A stretch of 64,000 nt of DNA from contig NMRA01000569.1 of assembly GCA_002633005.1 (NCBI GenBank), positions 186,001 through 250,000 on the forward strand. The letters are read 5' to 3'. This DNA is from Phoronis australis (Eukaryota > Animalia > Phoronida). Under the pieces are notes generated by a model. The model saw nothing but the letters and a program-made list of their open reading frames with translations, was not told the DNA's origin and made no database searches. The translations under genes and the position numbers were made by a program. Shown here piece after piece: positions 1 through 15,000 of this stretch (the first letter of the stretch is position 1; each line of letters starts with the position of its first letter).

Positions 1-70
1 TGGTTAAGAAATAACCTTTGCTGGTGAAAAAGTGAGCTTTGTTGTTGACAATTTGAGCCCAATTTTGTAC

Positions 71-3000
71 CTCCATAGCATCAGCATTACTCTCCATTAA
101 TTCTCCCTTCTGTAGACTCGGGTCCTGCTTCTTCCTAGTCACAGCCACAATTCTGGTCACCTTACTGCCACCAGCAACACCACCACCACCAACACCACCA
201 TTAGGATGGTTAGATGTGCCATGGTCTTTCTCTTTCAGATGTTTCACTTCTTCACTCACATTCTACAACAACAAAAGTCAAAATTACACACAGGTCTTAA
301 TTACTAAACACAATTACTGTTCATTCATTTCATCATCAAACTTCACATTATAGTCAATTGCCCATAGGGTATATTGATAATAAAAATCTAATTAAATGAA
401 CACACACTGTCACCTCATTCCTTTTTATTGTGCACAGTGACCCAACATGTAACTCATACTAAATGCATACAGACAGCCCTCAATACTTCATGAAGCGAAA
501 TCTACTTTCACTACGTGGCCGCAAACAAGCTGGCTCAGAACTTAACTTTTACAGCCAATTTTTTAGAACTTCATTTTCTAGTGCCAATTAAATATTGAGG
601 ATACATGTAACATAAGGAGCAATCACTAAAACGCAGTAAAATTGTAACTTGTAGGTGGACTGTAATAAAACTTTCAGGATAAGATGCACGTTCATTGTTT
701 TTCTGGATTTCAAAATTACAACACCATTCATACCTTAAGACTGATACTCGTCAGTTACACAGCATTCAAGATTTCAGGTGAAAAACACGTACCGTATTAA
801 CTAAGGGTTTAGGTTCAAATACATAATCCTGCTGGGTACAGAAAACACTCCATCTCGTCTGTGACACATCAAAAACTCAGATTCCAAATCAGAATGGTTT
901 TGAACATCAATTAATTAAACAACGGCAATGTACACTTTAGGCGCCGTTGTATCAATTGCAATTTCAAATGAAATTTCTTTAAAAAATGGAAAAATTGACT
1001 TTTGTTCATAATATGGTGGTTAAATTGTCACCTCCAATGAAACTTAAGATTAACTATGCCAAGGATGTACAAGTAGCCAACTAATCGATCAGCGTGTTTA
1101 GCAATGACTAAGTCACTGAAAGGCACTCGGCAGTGAAAGAGTTAATTAAGATTGTCATTTACATAGAAAGCCATGAGAGCTGTCTAAATGGGTCACAAGT
1201 TCAGATTAGCCATGCTTTAGAGTTGTAATCACTCACACATCAGTCATGCTGATGCAAATTGCGGCATTTGCTTAGGTTTATGCTCATGGATAATTGCAAG
1301 CTCCGAAAATTGAGTGGGCTTGTAAACACTTGCAAAGTATTTGATAACCTAGAACAAGAATCATGTTCATTAGTGATTAATCAATAAAGTTGGCATCTAT
1401 TTTTCAAGGCAGCTTTGCACTAAAAAGATATAAAGAGGTCAGTTTGATAGCATGTGGATGTATGTATCAGTAAGTGAGTTGAGCTTATGGCCACTGATGT
1501 GGGATTACACACGAGAATAATTATACAAAAATTAGGATTTGGGATTATACTGAGATAAGGGGAAGGTAAACCCGGATGAATGCAGAAAACCAACAATAAA
1601 TATCTACTACGAGACCTGCATAAATGCATCGAGAGGGTCAACCTCATCCCCATCCTCAGTTTTTGTGTCAGATTTCAATGGTGGATCATCATCATCGTCA
1701 TCGTCTTCAAGATTCCATGTTTTAGTTGGCGGTGCTATGACAATGGGTAACTGTTCTTTTTGTTTGTTCTTCTCAGCCCTCCACTTCTCAATTCTCTCTC
1801 GTCGTTTCTGCATCTCTTCCTCCAACATTTTCTGCTCAGCTTCCTGGGAAAAGAGAAAATGGTGACTATCAAAAATCTCCCTAGTTGTTAAATGAACACA
1901 AAAAGGCACCCAGAGCTTTATGAATGTATTGCTCTTATAACACATAATATCCATTGGTGTAACACAAACAGGATTTTACTTTCCTTACCAACAAGAACAT
2001 TGAGACCACCAGTGACTCAAGAGAACACTTCACAGTTTATTGGAGATGTCCAACAATAAAAAATTGCAAATTCAAAAATGTCACATGTACATATTGCCTC
2101 AAATTTGAGTTGGTAGCGTAAATAGAATCCTATTACAATAAGGAATATCACGAGACCTATATTTAGAGAATAAAGGGCCTAAGTTCTGTTTTTAGCCAGC
2201 TAAACAGGGCAAAATGAAACCTTTTTTCTAAATAGTGAAACATTTTCCATCCTCTTCTAAAAATATTCTATTCAATTTTCTAAAAACATGCCATTGTATT
2301 TGTTCTTTGACAGTTCATACCAATTCACTAACGAAGAAACAGGTTTCGGATAAGGCATGTTATGATACTTATCTGATCAGTTACAACACAGCAGTCAGTG
2401 ACAAATGACCATACTAAAACAGGGTAGAGTTTAGTTACGCTAGCATCTCGCTAAAATCTAGCCAAAATCATGTGTTCCCATTTAAAATACACAGCAATAT
2501 CTTACATAATCTTGCGAAGTCTTGCTTTTTAGGAAGATCCTACTAGTATTACTTAACTCTACCCAGGTTGAAATGTCTTAAATTTCATAGATAACCAGCT
2601 CTGAATGCTAAAATACTGCTATGCCAGCTGCCTGTATTAGAGTTCACGTCACAGAGTTAAACAATGTCCTTTAAATGTACATGAGTTAAACTAGCTTATT
2701 TGACTGACATGTAGGATGATATCATATATATTGCCTAATAAGAACATTGTATAGTTTGTCAGGTACAAAACAGCAAAACATGAATGACTTATTTAAACCA
2801 AGAAATGATATAACCTCCAATAAACATTATTTTCTAGCAAAATGGAGCAAAATCTATTCCAATTTGACAGAAATGATAAGTGGCTCAGGCTTAATAAAAT
2901 CAAACTCAAGAACATTCTGCCTGTTCAGTCTCATCTGATGAATACAACCGTCAGGGAGGACTATGGGATTGGGTTTATGTGGGATCTTATTGACAAGTCT

Positions 3001-6000
3001 GTCTAAAAATGTTAAAATTGTGGCACTTCTAAAATTCTGGAAGATAGCCTGTAAAAATATCAGCCCTAAAGCCTAACCATGGAAGCGAACATGCTCATTC
3101 AAGGCATGAAATCTGCACTCCACGAAGCGGAAATTAAAGGACTGTTCATAGAAATGTTCGAACGTATTCTCAATGAAGCCTGTCTTCACTTAACCGAAGG
3201 GTTCAAGGACATGCTACAAAAACAACAGGACGGAATTGACAGTCTGAATAGAAAGGTGAGCGAACTGCAGGAGAGTTTAGACAATAGCGAGCAATATTCT
3301 AGAGAGAGAGAACACTGATGAGCTAGTCATAAACATAGCCAAGAAGTTGGAAGTTGACCTGCCCATAACTGAATTGGACCGCACCCACAGGTTGGGTGCT
3401 TTTAAGAAAGACGCCAAGGGCAAACCGAGACCGATCATCGCTAAGTTTATTAGCAATCGTAAACAAACAGAATTTCTGAAAATCATCGATTGCAGTTAAA
3501 CAGGCAAACCAAGGGCGTGCCTCGTGCGAAAAATATTCATCAATGAAAATCTCACAGAAGAAAGCTACTATTTTTGCAGAATGACGTAGAATAGTCAAAC
3601 TGGGAAACACCAAGTCCGCATATGTGAGAGACGGGAAGATCTTCATCAAGAAGAATGATTGTTATAAAGAACTGAAGAGAGTGGAACAAGTTAACGAGTT
3701 CGTGGAAGGTCTAGAAGAGTCAACGCCAGACATCAACGTAAAAACGGGTTTTGAATTGTGAGTAAAATGACTTATGAAATAATGTACATATGTTGGCAGC
3801 GTGTGGTTATTTAAGTGAAGTTAGTTTTCAGATTGTGTCGAATTGGGTTAATATTTTAGGCTGCATATGAGGATTTAAAAACTTTGATTTGTATTAAATG
3901 TATTTGTGCAGAAAATTTGTTACATCGTTATTTGATATCAGTACATGTACATGTATTTCACATTAATTTGGTGTTTCAGTTTGTCTACTCCGCTATGTTA
4001 ATCTGGTGGCACTTTTTAAGTTGTTGTTTCTATTTGAATCCTATCCTTCAGCTAATTATCTCTTGCAATGATGAGCTTTAAATTTATTCCATTTCTTCTT
4101 TGTGCCAGTGCTGAATATCTGCTCCATGGTAACTACATTGGGAGTCGTATCAATGGCTTCTGCTGCAAGAGCAACGCAGAGTGTTGAAATGCGCCCACAA
4201 TTGCAGCGCATACGGTATCCTTCTAGGGTTGTTTATTGGTACCATAAAGTGGCCAGTAGAGGGCATATAATATGTAGTATGTTGTACTTTGCAAAATGGA
4301 AAGGCATGGTCATTGTCTCCTCAATAGGCTAGGGGCAAAATGTGAGTGATCTTCATAATACAAGCACATCCTATGCTTAAAGCACCACAGAAACAGAATT
4401 AAAAACAAATTTACCAACATACGAGATTAGCACAGCATTAGAATGCCAGAAACAAATTTCTACTCGGAACTTTTCCTTCATAGTCACGAAGTAACACAAA
4501 GTATACACCTGAAGACCTATGAAAATACAGAGGTCAATGTAAAATACTAAAATTGCCACTAGAGACATACCGGTATCCAGAATCATCCTAAAGTCGTCAT
4601 CGTCCGTTGTCAATATCACATAAATATACTTGCTAAATTTAGTAAAGATCCTACAAACGGTTTAGGAGATACAGCCATGGGCGCAAAAAAACTGCCACTA
4701 AGAGGCGCCACAGTAATCAAAGNTAACATAATATAAATACACTTATTAAATTTCGTGAAGATCCTGCGAACGGTTTAGGAGATACAGCCACAGGCGCAAA
4801 AAAACAAAACTGCCACTAGGAGGCGCCACAGTAGTCCAAATCGTCTGAAAATCGTCAACCGTCCTCTACATAGTAAGCATATACATGCCAATTTTCACAA
4901 TCATCCTTCGAGCGGTTTGGTTGATAGAGGGGTGGACGCACAAAAACAGACTTGAAAACACTAAAAATGGCCACTAGGTGGCGCAAACTATGTCGAATCC
5001 ATCTGAAAACGGGAGGATAGCGTCATCTCACTAATAGGTGCCTAAATACCAAATTTCATGAAAATTCGTTCATGACTTTTGAAGATACAACGGTAAGCGT
5101 AAAAAATTAAAATTGCCACTAGGGAGCACACCGGTATTCGGATCCGTCCGAAAGTTCGCACATGCCGTCCCATTCATAAATGGAACATATGTGCCAAATT
5201 TCATGAACATATGTCAAAGGGTTTTGGAGATAGAGCAGCGGACGCCGGACGGACACCGCCCGTACGGACGGACGGACGGAGATGACGGCATAATGCGTCC
5301 ACATATAAATATGTGGGCACATAAAAATGCAGTGTTCATTCAGAGTGCTTCTATTGTTCATCATTCAGCTTGCCATTCCATGGGGTGTACATTTATAACT
5401 ACAGTTACCATTCAAATATTCAGGGCATTAGCAGCATAGGATGACTATTGATGCAGGCTGCCTTCTCAGATTCAGTGCTCCTGCGTCTCTGTTGTAACAG
5501 TGAGTGCTGTTACAGCTCACTCATTTAGTGCTTGTTTTTCTTATTTGTCTTCATCCATTGTGTTTCTTCTCTTGTGTATGTTTTTATGTTCAAGACTGTG
5601 CAAACATTTACATTATGTGCAGAAAAATTAATCAATCCAAATGAAAATGTTAAATGTTTAATGTCACTGAGAGCAATACTTGTAGTCCACAAATTAACGT
5701 TACACAAGTATGGAAATTGAAATACTTTCTGTAAGCTGTCATGATTCCGGGAAAAGATTTCGTGTTCTGAAGTAAGATAAGTCATACAATATTTATTGTC
5801 TTCAAGATACTGATTTTGTCAGGGCTTTAGACCATCAAGTCTAATTACAGTGGGGTTTTCTTGTTTTTTAGTTCATTCAAGAGCAATGCAAGAGGAGTTG
5901 AAATAATGCTGAGTAATAATTTTGAACATCAATACACAGTTGGAGAAGTGGCAAAAGTGGAAATCATATATACTTGATATAATGATGGAGGGAGAGAATT

Positions 6001-9000
6001 ATGCTTCTAAACTTGTACGGTCCAAATGAGGACAAACCTGACTTTTTTCAAACCTTTTTTTAAGAAACTGAGGTGGGTAATGAAAAAATATTGCATGTGG
6101 GGATTTCAATCTTGTTTTGGACCAGTCTAAAGACACGCATTACTATAAGCAATGCAATAATCCAAATGCTAGTGAAAAATAAAAAGAACAAAAACAAATG
6201 TAGGACCTTGTAAATCCATTTCGGGAATTCCATCTGACTTTAAACCGTTATACACGGAGACGCAAAAATCCAGTAAAGCAGGGGAGACTGGACTTTTTCT
6301 TACTTTCAAAAAATTTATTTCACTGTGTGTGTGAAATTAACATAACAAACAGTTACAGATCAGATCATTCAGGTGTGCTACCAAGTCTTAAAAGAAATCT
6401 TAAGAGGGAAAGGCCTTTGGAAATTCAAAAATTCCCTGATCAGTGACTTGGAATATACTGAAGATTAAAGAAAAAATTACTGAGCTATAACGTCAGTATG
6501 CTGTTCCAGTTTACAATTATCAAATGATTGATATAATTTCTAACAATGAAATTCAATTCCTAATTAATAACCAATTTTTCTTAGACGTCTTGTTTATGAA
6601 AATCCGTAACACCACCATGAACTACTCAATAAGAAAATTAAAGAAGAAAAAATACATCAATTATGAAAGTAATTTAGAAGAAGCCATTAATAGGCTAAAA
6701 AGCAAAGACAACCTGATTGAAGATGAAGATCAAACTGGATTGGAAGTAGAGAACGCCCAACCAAATATTTTTGCAACTTAGAATTAACAAACTTTTTTTA
6801 GTAAGTTGATATATATACAATAGAAACTGAAGATGGAGAAACTATAACGGATCAAAAGAAAATTTTATGTGATACAATAAATTTTTATAAAAACTTATAC
6901 TCTTCAAGATTGGGGCTGAAGATAAACAATTCTAAGACAAAAGTAGAGTGGATTGGAAGTAGAAAATTCTCTCAAGAAGTGTTTCACCGCACGCGTTGGA
7001 AACTAAAATGGGGTGACGTTGATTTTAAGCTTCTGGGTATTAACTTCATGTCCAAAGATAACTTTGATACAAAAATAATGGAAATGAAGAATCTGATCAA
7101 CATATGGTGTCGTAGAAAGCTGACTATCTTTGGAAAGGTTACAGTATTAAAAACACTTGTGCTTCCAAAAATTATACATCTGCTAACATTGCTTCTGAGT
7201 CCAATGATATTACTTTTGGCAATATTTGTAAAGAACAGACAATTGTGAACATAGCCTGTTACGTCGCCGGCGTCAGTGTTCAGCGATTGTTGCCGGGACA
7301 TTTATACGTAAATGAACTGTTGTGTTTGCCAGGTGCATTCAAATGTTTGACCTGGGTGCGGCAGTCAAGTCAGCCGCAACACGGTGTTGACATGTTGAGA
7401 AGCTGTTCAGAGAAAGTGGAACGTTTGTGTCGACAGTGAAGACTTGAGACATTCAGCGGACAAAGTGGTGACCGCAAGATGATGGTGTTAAAAGTCGGAT
7501 GCTGAAAGGAAGACACTGACCACAAGTGACTGTGCACGAACTGTGTGAAATGATAAGCTGGACTCTGACTCAGTGATATTAGTTTGGGTGCCACACGAGA
7601 GTGGTCGACCCAGTTATGAAACTTATTAGTGATTGTGTGTAAAATGTTCGTTTAATGTTGAAGCTTCATTAAATATTGTTTCTGTTAAACTTGTTGTCTT
7701 CTACTGAATTGTCTCATTAAAGTCACGTCGTGACAATATTAAACTTTGTTTCTTAAATTCAATTGGGATGGTAAACCTGATAAAATAAAAAGAGAAGTAC
7801 CCATAATCCACAGACTGAAGATGGTGAAGTGAAGACGATTGATCTCAGAAAATTTAAGATGTCTTTAACAATCTCATGGATTAAAAGATTCTTTTTAATA
7901 AAATCTCTACGAACGTATTTGTTGCAAAAAGATATCGGGCTTACTAGAGATGGAATACTGAGCTATGGAGACTATAGGTTAACTAGATTAGATAACTGTA
8001 ACTCTTTTTGGAAAGAATGCTTCCAGTAGTGGAGCTTTTTAGTTCACAAACTATTTCGGGACGTGAAGATGCAGCGTCAATCAATAAGTGGGCCCACAGT
8101 AGTATTATGATGGAATACAGCCCTTGTATTTATGAGTCCTTCGTTAAAAAAGGTATATTTGTGAATGATTTTTTAGACTGGAATGGTAACTTTTACACCT
8201 TTGACAGTTTCCAAATGATTCACCAGATTAATGTCAGCTTTCTCAAATTTTACTTAATTGTTAGTACAATGAAACGTTTTCCAAAAATTTGACTCTAAAA
8301 AGGGTATATGCACCACTTTTAACTTTTTCTCCAATACAATTTTGACGCAAAAGGGATGTCGGAATTCTTACAATATTCTGTGCAAAAATGACAAAACACC
8401 ATCGGCACAAAAGAAATTCGAAGTATTGGGATTTTCACTGTCAGAGAAGATGCGGAACTTCTACATAAATGTACGACTGACACAAAATTACTTTTCTTTC
8501 AGTTCCACTTGCTGCATAGAATTTTACCTACTAATTATTGTTAAATAAGATTAGATTTGTGGACTCAAATGCTTGTACTTTTTGTAATACTTTCCCCAAG
8601 ACTTTAGAACATTTATTCTTTGAATGTGAATTTGATAATTCTTTCTGGCATGACATACGTCTCTGGTTAATGACTGCAATGCAAGTAAATTTTGAAATAG
8701 ACAATACCACCATTATATTTGGTCTTCAAAGTGAACAGAAGAGAATGTTGAACGGGTTCCACATACTAACTAAAATTTTCAGTTTTAAAATGAAATTTGC
8801 TAACGTTAAACCAAATGTAATGTCTTAAAAATTTTTTGAGAGTGTGTTTTAATGTAGCAGTCAGTGCTCCTTCAAACACTCAGAACTTTAATGATACAAA
8901 CAAATGGAAGGATTTGAAATGTGTTTTTGAAATATGAAGGGAACCAGATAATTGACAAAATGCCAGAACAGAAATTAATTGAATGCATATAACTTGGAAG

Positions 9001-12000
9001 TAAAAATCAAATGTTTATTCGCTTTTCCTTTTTTCGGTACAGTTCTGTACGTTGTTGTGTTGTGTATATTTGTACACGTGCCAGCTTTTGCAAATGTAAA
9101 AAAAAATGTCAAACCGCAAAATCTCTCGTTATGGACATGTGGCAACATTGGACTGGTGTGAATACGCCACAGTACAACAGGTGTAATATGATCGCTTGGT
9201 GACTGCAAAGAATTAAAAACTGCAGCAAAATTCCCCTCCCTTCACGCAAATCACAGGAGAAATCTGATTGCTGTCCACAAAGTTCTCTATTGCCACTTTG
9301 AAATAAAGCATCATTTTTCACCATGTATATTGGAAAACAACTATTCCATAGCACATACCTAGTGATGCAAGACTCTCACCTTAATAACACCTTCACCAAT
9401 CTTAGTCATGCTACAGTTATACAGTACATACCTTGTCAAGCACACCCTCTTTCACTTTTATTGCACCTTCACCAATCTTAGTCATGCTACAGTTATACAG
9501 TACATACCTTGTCAAGCACACCCTCTTTCACTTTTATCGCACCTTCACCAATCTTGATTTCTGGACTTTTACTCTTTGACTTAGATCTCTTGTTTTTCGT
9601 TTCTGCGTCTCGAGTTTTGCGAACATCTTTGTCTTTATCTCTTGGGCTTCTACTTCTAGATCTCCTAATGTTGGTGTTTGGTCAAGGAAACAACACAGAC
9701 TTATTAAAGCAGTTGCCAATCATGTTCTGGTGTTAGAAACATCAGCTACGTTCTTCAAAGGGGTGACTGCACTTTCAAAGCAACATTGACGCATTCTTAT
9801 CCTTTTTTTGAATTGAATTTGGTTGCAATAGAAAGCCTGGAATTGCCAACGGACATGCTCTCTTTGCAACTGAAACTAACCCAACTTGGCAAGAAACTTA
9901 ACGTTGGCCTGGTGCAATGTAATAAAGGGTTGTCAGTTAACACTGGACAGGAGCAAGGTAATAAAGGGTTGTCGGTTAATATTGGCTTGGTGCAAGGTAA
10001 TAAAGGGTTGTCAGTTAATATTGGCTTGGTGCAAGGTAATAAAGGGTTGTCAGTTAATATTGGCTTGGTGCAAGGTAATAAAGGGTTGTCAGTTAATATT
10101 GGCTTGGTGCAAGGTAATAAAGGGTTGTCAGTTCTCAACCCCAAAAATCATTTTTAAGCTGATTGAGGACCTATAGCAGACCCACTTCATAATGGGAGGT
10201 GGTCTAAACCAAGTTGATTTCTTTCAGACAGAATGGTTTTCAGGCCTCTTAAAGCTGCGCTTTACTATCTTTAGCTGTTAAAGATGGATTCTTAACCAAA
10301 GCACCTTGGAATTTAAAAACATTACATTCATCCAATCTTGAATTGTTGCTGAATGCGCTGGCAACTCAATTCATGGTAAATGCACCATTTCAAATTTGCA
10401 AAAAATGTGGGGACACTGAAATAGCTTTTCCGCTACAACCATCTCAAAAACGGCACCTTTAGCAAAAATGTAAAAACTACATGGCTTACTGAAAAATCAA
10501 CTTTAATTAACCATCAAAATCCCTTTGAAACAGATTTATTTTGAAATACCATGTTTGTTTTATGTCTTAACAGCTTTAATTATGTTTCCCAATTTACCAT
10601 CTTTTCTACGTCAGCACAGGTAAGCGTAGTACCTCAAATTACAACATTTTGGCTTCCACACAACAAGTTACACCTTTGACTTTTTTGTTTTATTTTGGTG
10701 CCCATCATGTTCTATGGAATAAGAAGAAAATTTTGGGGTCACCAAGTTTATTTTTGACGTATTTTAGCTCAAACAGCATCAGAATGACAATTTGAACTTC
10801 TCCAAAATCATGACTACCAACTTGCATTTCACTAGCTAGGGATTATGTTGTGTTGTAGAGATTGTGAACTAAGATAAATTGATGGGAAAAATGTGAAAAT
10901 TTTCATCTATACTAAACTGAAAACCATTGTTACAACAAAGTCACACCTAATGTCTACACTTGGGTTTGACTATTGTTTAGTATGACGTCAATGTTAAATT
11001 TGATGTCCTGTGCTAAACAACAAAAAATGAATGCAAATCTCAAATTAAATAATCTCATCTGATACATGAAATAAAAAATCTTTTTCAAATTTTTATATGT
11101 TATTTAATGTTGCAAATGACTCCTTTACGGCATTTTGGTAGACTGTTTTGAACCTCCATCAGCCTATTCTTGAGTCATCGACAGTTTCTATGTTCTTACA
11201 GGCGACGGAAATAGAATCCTGTCACACTAAGGAATATTATGTGACTGATTTTAAGATAGTAAAAAGCCTAACCTGCCATTCATTTTTTAGCCAGCTAAAC
11301 AGGGTGAAATGCACCTATAAGTGTATAACAAACTAGATTTTAATGCTTGCGAAATTGAATTTGATAACCTTCATATGTTATGCAGCGTTAACACCATAAG
11401 AAAAGTTGCTCAAAGTGATATTTCTTCACACCATAAATTTACAAAATAAAATGCAAATGCCCTCAAAAGGCCATCCATCACAAGACATTCACAAACTCAG
11501 TGTTGAATACATCTACAATCAACAAGTCCATTCTGTTGACCAAAAAGTGATTTATTCAACCACAAGCTGATCTTCATGGCATTCAAAAGCATAATCCCAA
11601 ATCATACTTTTAAATAATTTATCATACCTTCTGTCTTTCCGTAATCTGTCTCTGTCTCGAGATCTTGACCTGTCCTTATCCCGGATTCTTTCACGCGACC
11701 TATCTCTCCGTCGTTCACGTGACCTTGATCTCCGCAGCCTCTCACGACTTCTGGACCTACGTCTTTCCCTACTTTTGGAACGCCGCGACCTACGTGGACT
11801 ACGAGATCTACTGCGAGACTTTGACCTTTTTCTGTATGACCTAAAAATGGTGATGTAAGAAATGCTTGCAGTACAATTATTAATTGGTATTGAGGTCTCA
11901 ACATGAAGTTAAAAACTATGGCGTCAGCAAAGAAAAGTTGACCGATGAACATATGGTATACATTAAACACATGGTTTTCTTGTTGATCTCTTTACGGTAC

Positions 12001-15000
12001 AGTCTACTTTTGCCATAGTCTCACAAGACTGGACATTACCAAATACAATCAAGACACATAAGATACTTCAACAAGACGAAAGGTCAACATGCACCCACTG
12101 AGTACACTGCATACAGCATAGATACAGAGCAACGATAATAAACTTAGTAAAAGCCTCCTAAGTTCAAAGCAAGTCAATAATGCTCTCCTCAATTGGGACA
12201 CATCTGTCACCTTTCACAAGGATTCTTTGGCACATTTGGAGGATTGGGCAGTAGACGACAAAGGACACAAAAATGAAAGCACTCCGAGGAGCGACACTCG
12301 GTGAAATCAAATGACAGTTTAAAGGTGAGGTTGAGGATGAAACTGAGATCATCAACATTCAACAACCATGACCCAGGCCTTCATGCAGCGTATGTCCTCG
12401 GCGTCCAAATGGACGCCCTAGCACTAATCTGGATGCCCTGGCAAGGACACCCAATGTATCATTTGGACGCTCACTGTAAATAGGAACCTTTCAAGTTTGG
12501 ACTGCACATTGTAATGAATACTAGGAAGCCTCTGAAGGCTCACAGTGGGGGCTATTTTTTCATAGCAGGAAGAAATATACAATGTATATATACAAAGTAT
12601 GTGCATTGTTGCTAATTTGACACTTGATTGATAGCATTGTAAAAGTCTTGGTCCACTGGTATCGATGTTTTGGCCAAGATCTTTCAAATTTACTCCCGGC
12701 CAGCCCGGCAGATTGGAGAATGGTCACAAAAGATTACTACGTGGTAAAGTGGTTTCACAGTCAACAAACAAAGACGTCAAAATTGACTTACAGTACAATC
12801 AGGGACTCATCCAGTGGCCACCCTGGCTGTCATTTGGATGGTCAGCCAGTTTTAAAAAATGACGGCTAGGATGGCATGGTCAAAATTAACATAAAAAGAA
12901 GGCCTGTTTCAAGACAACCTCGGTGAAAACGATGGCTAAACAAAAAAGTTTAACATTTCTGATTAATAAATTTTATTGAAACCTAAAATCTGTTGTTTTA
13001 GTTCGATAAATAATTATTCAGATATAACTCGAGACTATTGCCGTCTATTTTTGCCACAAATATTACAAATATTACAAATACTGGTAGCCATGTTTTAGGG
13101 GAATACCTCCCCGCTGTTCAGTGACGTCTTTTCGGTGTCCTAAATTCTGGAATTTTTACTTTAATGCACTGTAGAAGACGCTTACAATACAATGTCCCAG
13201 GCGACCACTGACTATTCCAAAGAGTGAATAAAATGCTCGGAAAAACAAGTGGATATTGTAAAAATACACTTGTACTCGTGAGTGCTGAATGGAGTTCCAA
13301 GGCTTTTTTGGTCATCACCTTTTACGAGGTCAAATCCGAGAATGAGAGTACAAGTGCAAATATTCCATCACTCCTATTTTCGAGTGGAGACTTTCGCCTG
13401 TGTCAAGGGTTGGTAGGCCTAAGTAGTGAATTTGTTGAGGACATACTTTCTCTTGTTCACTGTAGACTACTAAATTGTAATAGTGTGGGTAACGAAACAT
13501 AGACAAACACATGTACTTCAAGATACTTCTTCATATCCTTTTGAATACAACTTCATTGTTTTCTCATAAGTTTAAATTATCTTGCTCAGGTGCAATAAAG
13601 TAATACACACATCTGTTCTTTTGAGAACTTCAAGTTACACTTAGTTCTGAAGTCATGCTGTGAACTATCTGTCTAACATACACCTCTACACAGATCTCAA
13701 TCTTTTTGCAGTCTGGTGACAATGCACACATCCTGAATGGAGCAAACCTTTTCATGTTTGTTTAGTTTCCTTCTTTGCTGTCATTCGAACAAGAAAGAAA
13801 CATGCAAACAGTGGGCTAAATTCCAAGGAAAATATCCCTTTTTTATGTGAATTCCAATTTTTTTCCCTGAACGGGAGGGGGGTTCCTCCCTTTTGAACCT
13901 CCCATTCACCAGGAGATATGACCTCATAACACCTGCAGCACGCAGTGTTAAAAATGGTGAATTACTGATTTTGGTAACTGAACGAGGGAACGAGGGACTG
14001 CTTGAAGAAAAAGTTTGATAACAGGAGTATTTGTTCGAGTTGGAAGGAATTAAATACATCGACGGCCTCCTAAGGTGTTCCTCTATGCGCAGTGTTCTCC
14101 ATAACACAAATTTTGAACTCGACTAGAATTACAAAATTTATTATGTTCGAATGTCCATACTATGAGGAGTTCCTGTTTTAAGTCTTAGAATAATGCATAA
14201 CTGGTACCAAAAAGGCGAAATGTCTTTATCTCCCAAAACTTTAAACTTGTTGCATCAGTTTTCAAACTCGATGTAATGAAGCCAAACTTGTCGTGGCAAA
14301 ATTCAAACTCGACACAGTGACGAGTCAAAACAGGTTGTGGAGAACACCGATCCGCAAAAGGTAATTTATTACGTGACTCTGATGTTTAAGTCAGTGTGAG
14401 GCATAATTGGTCAAAAACCTTCCAGCCTATGAAGCGCCTATAGGAGCTACACTGTCTCTACTGGCTGTGCCAGTAGACAGTGGTCACAGTCTATATGAAT
14501 CATTATCTCTTTTATGACCCACAACGCGTGACTGGACAAAGCCTTTTCAAATTAGTGTAAGTAAGCCAATAGAGTGTGAAACCCGGGAGGTCTGTCGAGC
14601 TGTCCTTTGTTCAGTTCCCCAAATCGGCAACTGGCCAGTTTTAACACTGCACGCAGCAGGTGGTATGGCGTCATATCCCCTAGTGTGTGCTATGTAAAAA
14701 TGGCCATCAGTTTCCGATTTTAGGAACTGAATGAAGGACTACTCCAAGAAAAAGTTTGACAACGTGAGTATTTGTCACAGCATCCTAAGGTGTTTTAATA
14801 TGTAGTAATAGCCAAGATTACCCGACCCGGGAACTGAACCAGCAACCCCCATAAAATCGGCAAGAATGCTAACCATTCAGCTAATAGGCAATTGCCCATT
14901 AGTGAGTAGCTATTACTACAGAGGCACATCTAAAACACAGGCGTCCTCAGCTTCTGATCGTCCCCAATACACTACATATATTACTACAAGGTAGGACACT

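Noticed and set aside
2830-2940. Possible extra DDX46 exon or C/D snoRNA
   Set aside because: The exons at 9508 and 1843 join in frame without it; box C and a terminal stem are not convincing.
9786-10176. Overlapping repetitive ORFs
   Set aside because: Produced by the 39-bp minisatellite.
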